A stretch of 64,000 bases of DNA from positions 5,826-69,825 of the forward strand of contig JAFXHA010000070.1 of assembly GCA_017536635.1 (NCBI GenBank), given 5' to 3'. The stretch comes from Clostridia bacterium. GTDB lineage: Bacteria > Bacillota > Clostridia > Oscillospirales > CAG-272. Below the pieces are notes generated by a model, which saw only the letters and a list, made by a program, of their open reading frames with translations, was not told the DNA's origin and did no database searches. Within the stretch, counting starts at the first letter, position 1. Each line of letters begins with the position of its first letter. Positions 1-10,030 of the stretch are shown piece by piece. The translations under genes were made by a program, and so were the position numbers.

Positions 1-578
1 TCGACCTCTTCGAGAGTTATATTTCTTTGAGCAAGCATACGAGCCTTCTTTTCATCAGCCTGTGCCTGCCAATCGGTGTTCTTTATTTCTTCCTTTTTGT
101 TGATGCTCTGAAGCTCCTCAAGCTCTTCCTCTGTGGTAAAGCAGGGGTAAGCCTTGCCTTCCTTTACGAGCTGCTTTGCAAATACCTGATATATTTCTTT
201 TCTGCGGCTCTGTCTGTAAGGTCCGTATGCGCCCTTATCAGAGATGTTGCCGTTCTCATCGAGTATTGCGCCCTCGTCGAAATTTACGCCGTAGGTAGCT
301 AGTGTTTTTATGAGTCCTTCAGCGGCACCGGGAACCTCTCTCTTTGCATCTGTGTCCTCGATTCTCAGAAACAGCACGCCGCCGCTCTGGTGAGCAAGGC
401 GCTCGGCAACGGTGGAAGGGAAAAGTCCGCCAAAGTGTACGAATCCCGTGGGGCTGGGAGCAAAACGGGTAACCTTTGCGCCCTCGGGGAGCTTTCTCGG
501 TTCAAATTCAGCTTCCATATCCGCGGGAGTTTTAGTAACGTTGGGATAGAGAAGCTCAGCAAGCTTTAAGTAATCCAT
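1..578 (-). CDS. gltX: Glutamate--tRNA ligase, N-terminal part (3' end lies beyond window start)
   Basis: Not in the ORF track because it runs off the edge. My minus-strand translation from the ATG at 578-576 gives MDYLKLAELLYPNV...KVTRFAPSPTGFVHFGGLFPS...VLFLRIEDTDAKRE, which carries the class-I HIGH region and the RIEDTD signature of GluRS. Confidence 0.85.
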   Translation of the reverse strand, partial: MDYLKLAELLYPNVTKTPADMEAEFEPRKLPEGAKVTRFAPSPTGFVHFGGLFPSTVAERLAHQSGGVLFLRIEDTDAKREVPGAAEGLIKTLATYGVNFDEGAILDENGNISDKGAYGPYRQSRRKEIYQVFAKQLVKEGKAYPCFTTEEELEELQSINKKEEIKNTDWQAQADEKKARMLAQRNITLEEV

Positions 579-619
579 TATATAAAGTCCTTTCGGTAAA
601 TAAATTTTAAGGTTTAATT

Positions 620-1234
620 TTAAAAGTAGTAAGCGGAATTGTCAAGGGCGATCCCGAGCCGTTCGGGCGCGCCGTGCCCCGCATATATCATAAGTGAAGG
701 ATCAAGCTCTCGCAGTCTTGTGAGTGATGCGGCAAGCTCCGAGCTGCTGCCGCCCCAAAGATCGCATCTGCCTACCGTATCGGCGAAAAGTGTATCGCCC
801 GTGATGAGAAATCCATCGCAAAGCAGGCATATCGAGCCCTTGGAATGTCCCGGCGTGTGAATGATCTTGATCTCGGAGTTTCCGAGGCTTATCACGTCTT
901 TGTCGTGCAAAAGCCTATCTGCCGGATTGTACGCGCGGTCTCTGCCGAAAAAGGTAAGAAACGCGTTTTTTGCGCCGTCGGTCAGCATTTCGGCATCGTT
1001 CTCGTGAATATATACGGGAGCGCCCGTTGCCTCTCGCAGTGTATCTATTGCGGCAATATGGTCAAAATGTCCGTGTGTGAGTACTATCGCGTCAATGACC
1101 GCGCCTTCTTCAACCACCGCCGAGGTGATAGCACCAACGGTTACCGATGGGTCGATTATAATGGCGTGTCCGTCGGATATTATGGCGTATGTGTTTGCGC
1201 CGAATGAGTATGGCGCTATGGGAAGTATCTTCAA
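620..1234 (-). CDS. MBL-fold metallo-hydrolase (hydroxyacylglutathione-hydrolase-like)
   Basis: 204 aa with the LTHGHFDH metal motif and later HTPGHS and GHG motifs. Lies 41 nt upstream of gltX on the same strand. Confidence 0.85.
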   Translation of the reverse strand: MKILPIAPYSFGANTYAIISDGHAIIIDPSVTVGAITSAVVEEGAVIDAIVLTHGHFDHIAAIDTLREATGAPVYIHENDAEMLTDGAKNAFLTFFGRDRAYNPADRLLHDKDVISLGNSEIKIIHTPGHSKGSICLLCDGFLITGDTLFADTVGRCDLWGGSSSELAASLTRLRELDPSLMIYAGHGAPERLGIALDNSAYYF

Positions 1235-1323
1235 AACATCACCAACCTATCGCAAAAAATAAAACTTCATATTATTATATCACACAAGCGCCCAAAAGTC
1301 TATATTTTAAGGATAATTTTTAT

Positions 1324-1361
1324 AAAAAAATCAGCAAAACTCGCAGTTTTGCTGATTTTTT
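1324..1361. terminator. Rho-independent terminator (A-run / hairpin / T-run, bidirectional)
   Basis: aaaaaaatcagcaaaac-tcgca-gttttgctgattttt, located directly 3' of the minus-strand gene 1369..2082. Confidence 0.7.
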
Positions 1362-1368
1362 AATGATT

Positions 1369-2082
1369 TTAAACAAAGAACAGGCTTCCGACGTCAAGTA
1401 GCGGCATATCGGATAGGACGGTTATTTGCTTGCCGTGTTTTTCGCAGAAATCTATTATCGCGTTGCCGTCGGGGTGAAGCTTGGGGTCTCCCGCAAAGAA
1501 TATTCGGCTTTCATCCACTCCGCCACAGCCGCCGATAAATCCGTAACCGTATCCGTCAAGACGTATATTTCCCTCGCTGATTGACAGCACGTCGATCCCG
1601 ACACGAGCGCAGGCTTTTGCGATAGACGCATCGGCGGTGATGACCGAACTATCGTCGACTATCAGCGTTGAGCATTTGGCATAGCCTTGATTGACGTGCA
1701 GCACCGAAATTTGATTTTCCTTTGCCACATTCGCTATGAGAGGGGAGAGCGCCGCGATATTGGCAATAAGAAAATTTCCTACGAGCGCACAGTTGAGCGG
1801 CACGTCTGACGGATATTTTTTAGAGATTATTTGCTCCGAGAGAACCATCTCGTACCCGCTTTTTTCAAGTGTCTCAAACACCGAGCGTGCAAGCGGATAA
1901 TATTCGGCGTGCGTGATTATCTTTTTTTCGTATATCCATACGAGCATATCGGGATGAGCCGCGACGGGTGTATCCAACTTGTCAAAAGGGGGTAGGGAAA
2001 GCACCTCGTATCCAAGAGCTTTCAGCGGTTCGGATATATATTTTTCGGCACGTCCGTCGATAAGAACGAATTTTTTAGACAT
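1369..2082 (-). CDS. Conserved hypothetical protein (possible pentein/GME-fold; C-terminal GFIGGCGG motif)
   Basis: 237-aa ORF with no competing frame. I cannot assign a family with confidence. Confidence 0.5.
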   Translation of the reverse strand: MSKKFVLIDGRAEKYISEPLKALGYEVLSLPPFDKLDTPVAAHPDMLVWIYEKKIITHAEYYPLARSVFETLEKSGYEMVLSEQIISKKYPSDVPLNCALVGNFLIANIAALSPLIANVAKENQISVLHVNQGYAKCSTLIVDDSSVITADASIAKACARVGIDVLSISEGNIRLDGYGYGFIGGCGGVDESRIFFAGDPKLHPDGNAIIDFCEKHGKQITVLSDMPLLDVGSLFFV

Positions 2083-2166
2083 GATTACCTCACAAAAGCA
2101 GAAAATGGACGCGCCGCGCCCATTTCCCGAAGTCTGAGACTCTTTTAAGAGTATCTATTAACAAAA

Positions 2167-2352
2167 TTACACTCTGGTTACTTTTCCCGAACGCAAGCAG
2201 TGCGAGCAAACGGCAACAGTCTTAGGAGTTCCGTTTACGATAGCTCTTACCTTGCGGATGTTGGGCTTCCAAGTTCTGTTGGTCTTACGGTGCGAGTGAG
2301 ATACAGCCTGACCGAAAACAACGCCCTTTCCACATACACAACATTTTGCCAT
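2167..2352 (-). CDS. rpmB: 50S ribosomal protein L28
   Basis: 61 aa, MAKCCVCGKG...SHSHRKTNRTWKPNIRKVR..., a typical L28 sequence. Confidence 0.9.
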   Translation of the reverse strand: MAKCCVCGKGVVFGQAVSHSHRKTNRTWKPNIRKVRAIVNGTPKTVAVCSHCLRSGKVTRV

Positions 2353-2550
2353 AATGACACCTCCTTAATGCCTGAATCAGCATATAACTTTCATAAAAAA
2401 TCTTAAATATATCGAACAGAAGACATTATATCACAATAATCAGAAAAATGCAAGAGTTTTTTTATGTTTTTTCAAAAAAATCAGTTTTTTTAATAAAAAA
2501 GTTTGATTTCAGGGCAAAATTGCCTAAAAATTTCCATAAAAACAGCTCTT

Positions 2551-3888
2551 TCAACAAATTTTTGCGAATATTTTATCCCCGTCGGTCTCTAAAAAGAGAA
2601 CTTTTTTAAATTCGGCGTGAAGCGGCGCATCGCTTTTTGCCCATATTTCCAGAAAATCCTCGGTATGACCTATTGCCCAGCCGTTCTCAAAGCTCTCGAA
2701 CAGTACCGTTCTGTAAAGCGGCTCGGGCGAGCTTCTTACCTCGTAGACCTCGCCTTGCAGTATCTCGGCTTTTATTTTTGTGCATTCCTCGGACAGAATT
2801 TTCAGTCTGCGGCTCTTTTCATCCTTTGGTATCTGAGCGTCCATCTCGGCGGCAGGTGTGCCCTTGCGCTTGGAGTAGGGAAAGATGTGAGCGTGTAAAA
2901 ACCTCGCTTTTTTCACGAAATCAAGCGTTGCCTCAAAATCCTGCTCCGTTTCACCGGGAAAGCCCACGATTATATCGGTAGTGAATTTTACGCGCGGAAT
3001 GCTCTCTCGAAGCAGCTCGATCGCGTCAAGCGCCATTTTTGAATTATATTTACGTCGCATAAGTGCTAAAACTCGGTCGCTTCCGCTTTGCAGAGAAAGA
3101 TGAAAGTGGGGGGCGAGCGAGCTGAGCGGAGAAATTTTTTCAACGAAGTGTTGCTTTATAAGCGATGGGTCGAGCGAGCCGAGGCGCACTCTGCCGATAC
3201 CGTCTATCTTGTCGACCTTGCAAAGAACCGATGCCAGATCGATATTCCCGAGATCTCTGCCGTAGGAAGCGGTCTCGATTCCCGTGAGTACCACCTCGCG
3301 ACAGCCGCCGCGTACGAGCGCCTCGACCTCGGAGATAAGCTCGGTCGGCTCCTTTGAGCGAACCTTTCCGCGTGCCGAGGGGATTATGCAGTATGAGCAG
3401 TGATTCTCACATCCATCCTCTATCTTTACGTACGCACGCGTGCGTTCAAATTTCGTAATGCTCATTTTTTCAAAGCCTGCGGTATCGAGCTCTGACGGAT
3501 ATACGACGGGAGCCGCGTTTTTCTTGCCTGATTGGAGCAGCTCGATGACCGCCCTCGTCGCGCGGAGCTTTTCGCAGTTGCCTATTACCGCATCGACGCC
3601 CTCAATTCCCGCTACCTCGTCGGGCGAGCTCTGCGCAAGACAACCCGTAACGATTATGACAGCCTGCGGATTTTTTGCGATAAGGCGGCGAATGAGCTGA
3701 CGGGCCTTTCGGTCGGATTCTGCGGTTACCGTGCAGGTGTTTATTATATACGCGTCGCATACGTCGGACGCGCTCTTTATTTCTATTCCGCTTTTTTCAA
3801 GCTCCTCGGAGATAGCCTCGGATTCGTACTGATTGACCTTGCAGCCGAGTGTTGCTATCGCCGCGGTATATTTTTTAGTCGAGTTCAT
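2551..3888 (-). CDS. mtaB: tRNA methylthiotransferase, MiaB/MtaB family (radical SAM)
   Basis: 445 aa with an N-terminal UPF0004 Cys pattern (LGCKVNQYES, NTCTVT), a radical-SAM CENHCSYC motif and a C-terminal TRAM-like region. Confidence 0.8.
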   Translation of the reverse strand: MNSTKKYTAAIATLGCKVNQYESEAISEELEKSGIEIKSASDVCDAYIINTCTVTAESDRKARQLIRRLIAKNPQAVIIVTGCLAQSSPDEVAGIEGVDAVIGNCEKLRATRAVIELLQSGKKNAAPVVYPSELDTAGFEKMSITKFERTRAYVKIEDGCENHCSYCIIPSARGKVRSKEPTELISEVEALVRGGCREVVLTGIETASYGRDLGNIDLASVLCKVDKIDGIGRVRLGSLDPSLIKQHFVEKISPLSSLAPHFHLSLQSGSDRVLALMRRKYNSKMALDAIELLRESIPRVKFTTDIIVGFPGETEQDFEATLDFVKKARFLHAHIFPYSKRKGTPAAEMDAQIPKDEKSRRLKILSEECTKIKAEILQGEVYEVRSSPEPLYRTVLFESFENGWAIGHTEDFLEIWAKSDAPLHAEFKKVLFLETDGDKIFAKIC

Positions 3889-4277
3889 TAAATCACCTCA
3901 ACATATTTTAACACGAAAATGAGATTTTGTAAAGAGGAAATGACGTGTTTTTGATTGAGTATAATATAATCTAAATACGTCGGAACGCAGTGTCCGACTT
4001 ACTTTTCTTGAAAGAAAAGTAAGCAAAAGAACTTCCGGCTATAAAACATATTAAAAATAAAACCCGTCGGAGAGTAGCGTCCGACGGGTTTTTACCTTAA
4101 AAATTCAATAAATTATAGATAACGATGCACGTTATTTCGAGTGATATGTCCACAAGTCCTATCTTGTGGAAAGTTTCTTTGGTTACTTTCTTTTCAAAGA
4201 AAGTAACGTAATCCACTTGCAAAAAAGGTAAAAATACTTTATAATATATATGAATAGTGAGAAGGGAGGTCCTTTGA

Positions 4278-5234
4278 ATGAGAATAATACGCATAATGAA
4301 AAACGACGCGGGGCAGAGACTTGACAAGTTTCTTAGCAAGGCGGTCAAGGGACTGCCTGCATCGATGATGTATAAAAGCATTCGCACCAAGAAGATAAAG
4401 GTCAATCGCAAGCGCGCCGAGCAAAACTACGTGCTTCGAGAGGGCGACGAGATACAGCTGTTTTTGCGCGAGGAATTTTTCGATGCACCGCAAAAGGACG
4501 TCGGCGCTATCGAGCGCATCAAGCCAAAGCTTTCGATCCTTTACGAGGACGAGAATATAATGCTTCTCAATAAGCGTCCCGGAGTGCTCGTGCACGAGGA
4601 TGCCGACGAGGGAGAAAATACGCTCGTTATGCATATGAAGGCTTACTTGTTTGGCAAGGGCGAGTATGATCCGAGAGACGAGCAGTCCTTTGCTCCCGCT
4701 CTTTGTAACAGAATAGACAGAAATACGGGCGGAATAGTTATCGCGGCAAAGAACGCCGAGGCTCTGCGTTGTATGAACGAAAAGATCAAGCGCGGTGAGA
4801 TGAATAAGTATTACCTTTGTCTCGTTCACGGAACGCCTGCGAAAAAAGAGGACAAGCTGCGCGCATTTTTGCGCAAGGACTCAAAGAATAATACCGTCGA
4901 GGTGAGAGATAACGAATTCCCGGGCTCAAAGGAGATAATTACGGGATATAAGGTACTCGAGCGCCGCGGAGATACGTCGCTGCTTGAGGTCCGTCTTTAT
5001 ACGGGACGTACGCATCAGATACGTGCCCACATGGCTCATATCGGACATTCGCTTGTCGGCGACGGAAAATACGGCGTCAACCGAGACGATAAAAAGGACG
5101 GATACAAGTATCAGGCTCTTTACGCCTATAAGCTGATATTTGGCAAGGGCGAGGAGCAAAATTGTCTTTCCTATCTTGACGGCAAGGAGTTCCGACTTGA
5201 CGACCGTGATATATGGTTTTTGAACGAAAATTGA
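4278..5234 (+). CDS. RluA-family 23S rRNA pseudouridine synthase (RluC/RluD-like, N-terminal S4 domain)
   Basis: 318 aa with NRIDRNTGGIV and TGRTHQIRAHMAHIGHSLVGDGKYG motifs. RBS gggagg lies upstream. Confidence 0.85.
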   Translation: MRIIRIMKNDAGQRLDKFLSKAVKGLPASMMYKSIRTKKIKVNRKRAEQNYVLREGDEIQLFLREEFFDAPQKDVGAIERIKPKLSILYEDENIMLLNKRPGVLVHEDADEGENTLVMHMKAYLFGKGEYDPRDEQSFAPALCNRIDRNTGGIVIAAKNAEALRCMNEKIKRGEMNKYYLCLVHGTPAKKEDKLRAFLRKDSKNNTVEVRDNEFPGSKEIITGYKVLERRGDTSLLEVRLYTGRTHQIRAHMAHIGHSLVGDGKYGVNRDDKKDGYKYQALYAYKLIFGKGEEQNCLSYLDGKEFRLDDRDIWFLNEN

Positions 5235-5247
5235 TTTCGGAGGCGTT

Positions 5248-6846
5248 ATGACCGATAAGAAATATAAAAGATTTTTATTGCTGGCTGTCAGCGGATTGCT
5301 CACGGGCCTTACGGTGATCGTTCCGCAGCTGGGATTTTTAGAGTGGATCACACTCGTGCCCGCCGCTATGTTTTTGCTGCTTGAGGCATCGGATCCCGAG
5401 CGCAAGCTGAGAAGCCTTTACGGATACGGACTCTTCTTTTTCCTTGTGTTCTATATGGTGGGATTTCATTGGTTCGTGTCTCTTTATCCGCTTGATTTTA
5501 TTGACGGAATGACACCTGCCGCGGCGCTTGCCGTGGTGCTTGCGGGTTGCGTTGGACTTTCCTTTTTGCAGGCGCTTTTTGGCGGATTTCTTTTTGTGGC
5601 TCTCGGATTGCTTTTCCGAACCAAGCTGCTTGAAAGGCATAGCTTCTTAAAGCCGATCTTACTCGCAACCACCTGGGCGGCGTACGAATGGACGCAAACG
5701 CTCGGTTGGTGGGGAGTCCCGTGGTCGAGATTGCCGCTCGGACAGTCCAAATATATAGTAGGGCTTCAGACGGCTTCGCTTTTCGGCTCCTATTTTATCA
5801 CCTTTGCGCTCGTCGCGGTCAACGCACTTGTCGCTTATGCGATACTTAACCGAAAAAAGATTTCGAGCATAAGATTTTCCGCAATAGCCGCGGCGGCAAT
5901 ACTCGTGTTTCAGTACGGCGTGGGAGCAGCACTTTATTTTGCCTCTCCCGACGGGCAGGAAAAGACCGTCAAGGTCGCGGCGATACAGGGAAATATATCT
6001 TCAAAGGATAAATGGGATTTCGGAACGCTGAAGAAAACGATGAATATTTACAGCGAATATACCTCAAAGGCGGCGTCTGACGGAGCACGGATAGTGGTCT
6101 GGCCCGAAACGGTGATCCCGCAAACGCTCGGGGACGGCTCGCTTTATCATAAGCAGATATCCGAGCTTGCCGATGCGGAGGATATAGTTATTCTCGTGGG
6201 AGCGTTTCACGAATCCGAGGAGCAGAACGGAGATTATAACGCGGTGTTCTGCTACCTGCCTGACGGAAGCGTTCACGAGCAGATATATGCCAAGCGCCGA
6301 CTCGTTCCGTTCGGAGAATTTGTGCCGATGCGCGCGCTCGTAACGGCAATAATTCCGCCACTTGCCGACCTTGTTATGTCGGGCGACGACGTGCTTTGGG
6401 GCGAGGGCGAGGCGATTATGGATACCGAATACGGCAATATCGGTTCGCTTATATGCTTTGATTCCATTTACGAGGAGCTTTCACGCTCAAGCACGCTCGC
6501 CGGTGCCGAGCTGCTCTGCCTTTCGACCAACGACTCGTGGTTCGGCGATTCCGCGGGCGTATATATGCACAATGCGCAGTCTCAGCTTCGCGCGATAGAG
6601 AACGGCCGATTTGTCGTCAGATCGGCAAACACAGGAATATCGACGATAATAGATACCAAGGGTAACGTTAAAGAGGAGCTCGCGCCTCTGGTCGACGGAT
6701 ATATCGTGGGAGAGGTAACGCTTCAGAATGAAACGACACTCTATACGGTGATAGGCAATACCTTCGTGTATCTTGCCCTTATAGCATACACACTTATCGT
6801 CGGCGGCGATATTGTGAAGCGCGTGTCCGAAAAATACAGAAAATAA
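5248..6846 (+). CDS. lnt: Apolipoprotein N-acyltransferase-like (polytopic membrane domain + CN-hydrolase domain)
   Basis: 532 aa with a hydrophobic N-terminal half. The C-terminal half carries a putative E-K-C triad context (VVWPET, KRRLVPFGE, LICFDS). Confidence 0.75.
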   Translation: MTDKKYKRFLLLAVSGLLTGLTVIVPQLGFLEWITLVPAAMFLLLEASDPERKLRSLYGYGLFFFLVFYMVGFHWFVSLYPLDFIDGMTPAAALAVVLAGCVGLSFLQALFGGFLFVALGLLFRTKLLERHSFLKPILLATTWAAYEWTQTLGWWGVPWSRLPLGQSKYIVGLQTASLFGSYFITFALVAVNALVAYAILNRKKISSIRFSAIAAAAILVFQYGVGAALYFASPDGQEKTVKVAAIQGNISSKDKWDFGTLKKTMNIYSEYTSKAASDGARIVVWPETVIPQTLGDGSLYHKQISELADAEDIVILVGAFHESEEQNGDYNAVFCYLPDGSVHEQIYAKRRLVPFGEFVPMRALVTAIIPPLADLVMSGDDVLWGEGEAIMDTEYGNIGSLICFDSIYEELSRSSTLAGAELLCLSTNDSWFGDSAGVYMHNAQSQLRAIENGRFVVRSANTGISTIIDTKGNVKEELAPLVDGYIVGEVTLQNETTLYTVIGNTFVYLALIAYTLIVGGDIVKRVSEKYRK

Positions 6847-6885
6847 AAAAGAGCTGTTGCAACGCAACAGCTCAAATTTTTTTTA
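6846..6885. terminator. Bidirectional terminator between convergent lnt and the lipoprotein gene
   Basis: aaaaaagagctgttgc-aacg-caacagctcaaattttttt. Confidence 0.75.
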
Positions 6886-7242
6886 CTTATCCTGCTTCTT
6901 GTAGGTGATGATGCCGATCTTAATATCGCCGTCGTCAGTCTCCTCAAAGTCAAATGTTCCGTTGTAGGTCTTAACCTTGTCGGATTCCTTGGAATCCTCG
7001 CTCTCAAACTCAAAGGTGATCTTATCGTCGTCGATGGAGTACTTGCCCTCAACCTCAGCAACAACTGTACCAAGAGCCTTAACGGTAATAGTTACCTTGC
7101 TTCCCTTGAACTCATATTCAGCACCGCTGCCGGCAATGACTGCGGAGTATGTTCCGTTGAGCTTCTTTCCGCAGGAAACAAGCGCAAAGCAGAGCATAAC
7201 AGCTACGAGTGCAAGAGCAACAATTCTAACAGACTTCTTCAT
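6883..7242 (-). CDS. Small lipoprotein, unknown function
   Basis: 119 aa with a signal peptide ending in the lipobox LVSCGKK. Confidence 0.6.
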   Translation of the reverse strand: MKKSVRIVALALVAVMLCFALVSCGKKLNGTYSAVIAGSGAEYEFKGSKVTITVKALGTVVAEVEGKYSIDDDKITFEFESEDSKESDKVKTYNGTFDFEETDDGDIKIGIITYKKQDK

Positions 7243-7441
7243 AATAGTGTCCTCCTGTGAAATTTTTCGGATGATTATCCATAGGATATGATATCATTTT
7301 TTCACTGTTTTGTCAACCGATTTTCAAAAAATAAACACATTTATTTTTTTACAATATTTAAATTTTGAAAACCACTTGATTTTGTTTTTTTGTCGGTGTA
7401 TAATAAAATTACATTAAATTTTAAAACAAAGGAGATTTATT

Positions 7442-8587
7442 ATGGCAAGATTTGTACTCAATGAAACAAGCTATCACGGCAAGGGCGCGATATCTGAGAT
7501 CGTTCCCGAAATAAAGGCAAGAGGCTTCAAAAAGTGCTTCGTTTGCTCCGACCCCGATCTTATAAAGTTCGGTGTTACAGGCAAGGTTACCGATCTTCTT
7601 GACAAGGACGGCGTGGCTTATACCGTTTATTCGGATATCAAGGCGAATCCTACCGTAGAGAACGTTCAGAACGGTGTTGCCGCATTCAAGGCGGCGGGTG
7701 CTGATTGCATTATCGCTATCGGCGGCGGATCGTCAATGGATACCGCAAAGGCAATAGGAATCATCATTACCAATCCCGAGTTTGCTGACGTCGTATCTCT
7801 TGAGGGCGTTGCTCCCACAAAGAATAAATGCGTGCCGATAATCGCTGTACCTACCACCGCAGGAACTGCGGCAGAGGTTACTATCAACTACGTTATCACC
7901 GACGTTGCCAACAACAGAAAGATGGTTTGCGTTGACGTTCACGACATTCCCGTCGTTGCAGTAGTTGACCCCGATATGATGGCAACTATGCCTAAGGGCC
8001 TCACCGCCGCTACGGGTATGGATGCTCTTACCCACGCAATAGAAGGATATATCACCGCAGGCGCTTGGGAAATGAGCGATATGTTCCATATCAAAGCGAT
8101 TGAGATCATCGCAAAGAGCCTTCGCGGCGCGGTAGAGAATACAGATGAGGGCAGAGAGGGAATGGCTCTCGGTCAGTATATCGCGGGTATGGGCTTCTCC
8201 AACGTTGGACTTGGAATCGTTCACTCTATGGCACATCCGCTCGGCGCGCTTTACGATACTCCTCACGGCGTTGCGAACGCTATAATCCTTCCTACCGTTA
8301 TGGAATATAACGCACCCGCTACGGGCGAAAAGTACCGCGATATCGCAAAGGCTATGGGAGTAGAGGGCGTTGACGCTATGACTCTTGACCAGGCGAGAGC
8401 GGCAGCGGTTGCCGCAGTTAAGCAGCTTTCTGCTGACGTTGGAATTCCCGCTGATCTCAAGGCAATAGTTAAGCCCGAGGACGTTGACTTCCTCGCGCAG
8501 TCGGCATTTGACGACGCTTGCCGTCCCGGTAACCCCAGAGCTACCTCTGTTGAGGAGATCAAGGAGCTTTACCTCTCGCTTATGTAA
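7442..8587 (+). CDS. fucO: Lactaldehyde reductase / 1,2-propanediol oxidoreductase (iron-containing ADH)
   Basis: 381 aa, colinear with E. coli FucO as I remember it (NPEFADV.SLEG, PTTAGTAAEVTINYVITD, DALTHAIEGYIT.GAW, GFSNVGLG.VH.MAHPLGA). RBS ggaga and a TTGATT-17-TATAAT promoter lie upstream. Confidence 0.85.
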   Translation: MARFVLNETSYHGKGAISEIVPEIKARGFKKCFVCSDPDLIKFGVTGKVTDLLDKDGVAYTVYSDIKANPTVENVQNGVAAFKAAGADCIIAIGGGSSMDTAKAIGIIITNPEFADVVSLEGVAPTKNKCVPIIAVPTTAGTAAEVTINYVITDVANNRKMVCVDVHDIPVVAVVDPDMMATMPKGLTAATGMDALTHAIEGYITAGAWEMSDMFHIKAIEIIAKSLRGAVENTDEGREGMALGQYIAGMGFSNVGLGIVHSMAHPLGALYDTPHGVANAIILPTVMEYNAPATGEKYRDIAKAMGVEGVDAMTLDQARAAAVAAVKQLSADVGIPADLKAIVKPEDVDFLAQSAFDDACRPGNPRATSVEEIKELYLSLM

Positions 8588-8627
8588 TTAAGCATTCACG
8601 TCTGTCTTTCGGAAAAGGAAATAAAAT

Positions 8628-9179
8628 ATGGATTCAGGATTCAACTCGGGCGGAATTCCGTTCGAATGTGTAGTTGCTCAGAAGAAAACAGCCGCGCTGA
8701 TGGCAAAAAAAGCGGCGCTTGTAATAATTTATATACTGTGGGCGGTTGTGTGGCTCGTCGTCGGAGCGGTAACCAAGCTGATAGCGTATCTGCTTGCGCT
8801 GATCCCGATATCTCTTTGGGTAATAATATTTTTCACCTGGAGATATACCAAGGTGCAGTATGAATATTCCTTTTTTGCGGGCGAGTTGACGGTATCCCGT
8901 ATCTTGAACGACCGCTTCCGAAAGGTTCTTATGACGGTACAGCTCCGTAAGATGACCGCCGTTTTGCCCGTCAATAGCGAAAGCAAGGCGGAAATAGAAC
9001 GCTTCGGCGCCGAAAAGACTGTCTTTGCGGCATCCGACGAGTCGGCAGAAGGTCTTTGCGTCGCTATGTGGACGGATGAGGACAGTGGAGAAAGGATCAG
9101 GCTTTACTTTGAGCCCGATGAAAAATCCCGTAAGATACTTCGCTATTACAATGCGGCAGCAACAATGAAAATGAGATAA
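8628..9179 (+). CDS. Membrane protein, unknown function
   Basis: 183 aa with two clear hydrophobic helices (LVIIYILWAVVWLVVGAV, LLALIPISLWVIIFF). Lies 41 nt after fucO. The overlapping antisense ORF was judged spurious. Confidence 0.45.
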   Translation: MDSGFNSGGIPFECVVAQKKTAALMAKKAALVIIYILWAVVWLVVGAVTKLIAYLLALIPISLWVIIFFTWRYTKVQYEYSFFAGELTVSRILNDRFRKVLMTVQLRKMTAVLPVNSESKAEIERFGAEKTVFAASDESAEGLCVAMWTDEDSGERIRLYFEPDEKSRKILRYYNAAATMKMR

Positions 9180-9315
9180 AGAGAAAGCACTTATGGCGAA
9201 AGCCATAAGTGCTTTTAAAGTTCTTTAATTGTAAACTTTTATGCATCTCTATTGCAAACAAGTTGATAATAAGGTATAATATCTAAATATATGTAAAACC
9301 TTCAAGGAGAGAAAA

Positions 9316-10020
9316 ATGTTTGTATTATCCTTCGGTGATATGCTGCTTCGTGTCGGCGTGGCGATGCTTTGCGGCGGACTTATCGGTATAGACAGAGGAA
9401 GAAAGCGCCGTCCGGCAGGCTTTCGTACTTATATGATAGTATGTGTCGGAGCGGCTATGACCATGATACTCGGTACCTATCTTTCGGTAATGCTTACTGG
9501 CCCTTGGTCAGCGGTAATACCTGCGGATTACGCCAGAACAGACGTATCGCGCTTCGGAGCGCAGGTGATTAACGGAATAGGCTTTCTCGGCGCGGGCACG
9601 ATAATCGTTACGGGACGCCAGCAGGTCAAGGGAATGACCACGGCGGCAGGTCTTTGGGCATCTGCCTGTATGGGACTTTGCATCGGCGCGGGATTTTATA
9701 CGGCAGCGCTTATCTGCTGCGGATTCATACTCTTTACGATAATCGTATTTTCAAGGCTTGAGCGCCTGATACTTTCGCACTCGAGAAACGTAAATATTTA
9801 CGTTGAATTCGAGCATACCGATGATATTTCGTATATTATAGAAAAGATAAAATCTCATCAGGTAAGAATATTTGACGTTGAGCTTACCAAGGCAAAATAT
9901 TCGGAGACTCATTATCCGAATGCGATCTTTTCGCTTAAGCTTCCCAAAAAGACGTCCCACACCGTCGTTATGACGGCAATTGCCGAAATTGAATCGGTAA
10001 GAAGCATAGAAGAGCTTTAA
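9316..10020 (+). CDS. MgtC/SapB family membrane protein
   Basis: 234 aa with GIDRGRKRRPAGFRTY and the GIGFLGAGTII motif typical of MgtC. Confidence 0.8.
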   Translation: MFVLSFGDMLLRVGVAMLCGGLIGIDRGRKRRPAGFRTYMIVCVGAAMTMILGTYLSVMLTGPWSAVIPADYARTDVSRFGAQVINGIGFLGAGTIIVTGRQQVKGMTTAAGLWASACMGLCIGAGFYTAALICCGFILFTIIVFSRLERLILSHSRNVNIYVEFEHTDDISYIIEKIKSHQVRIFDVELTKAKYSETHYPNAIFSLKLPKKTSHTVVMTAIAEIESVRSIEEL

Positions 10021-10030
10021 GGAGGCAGAT

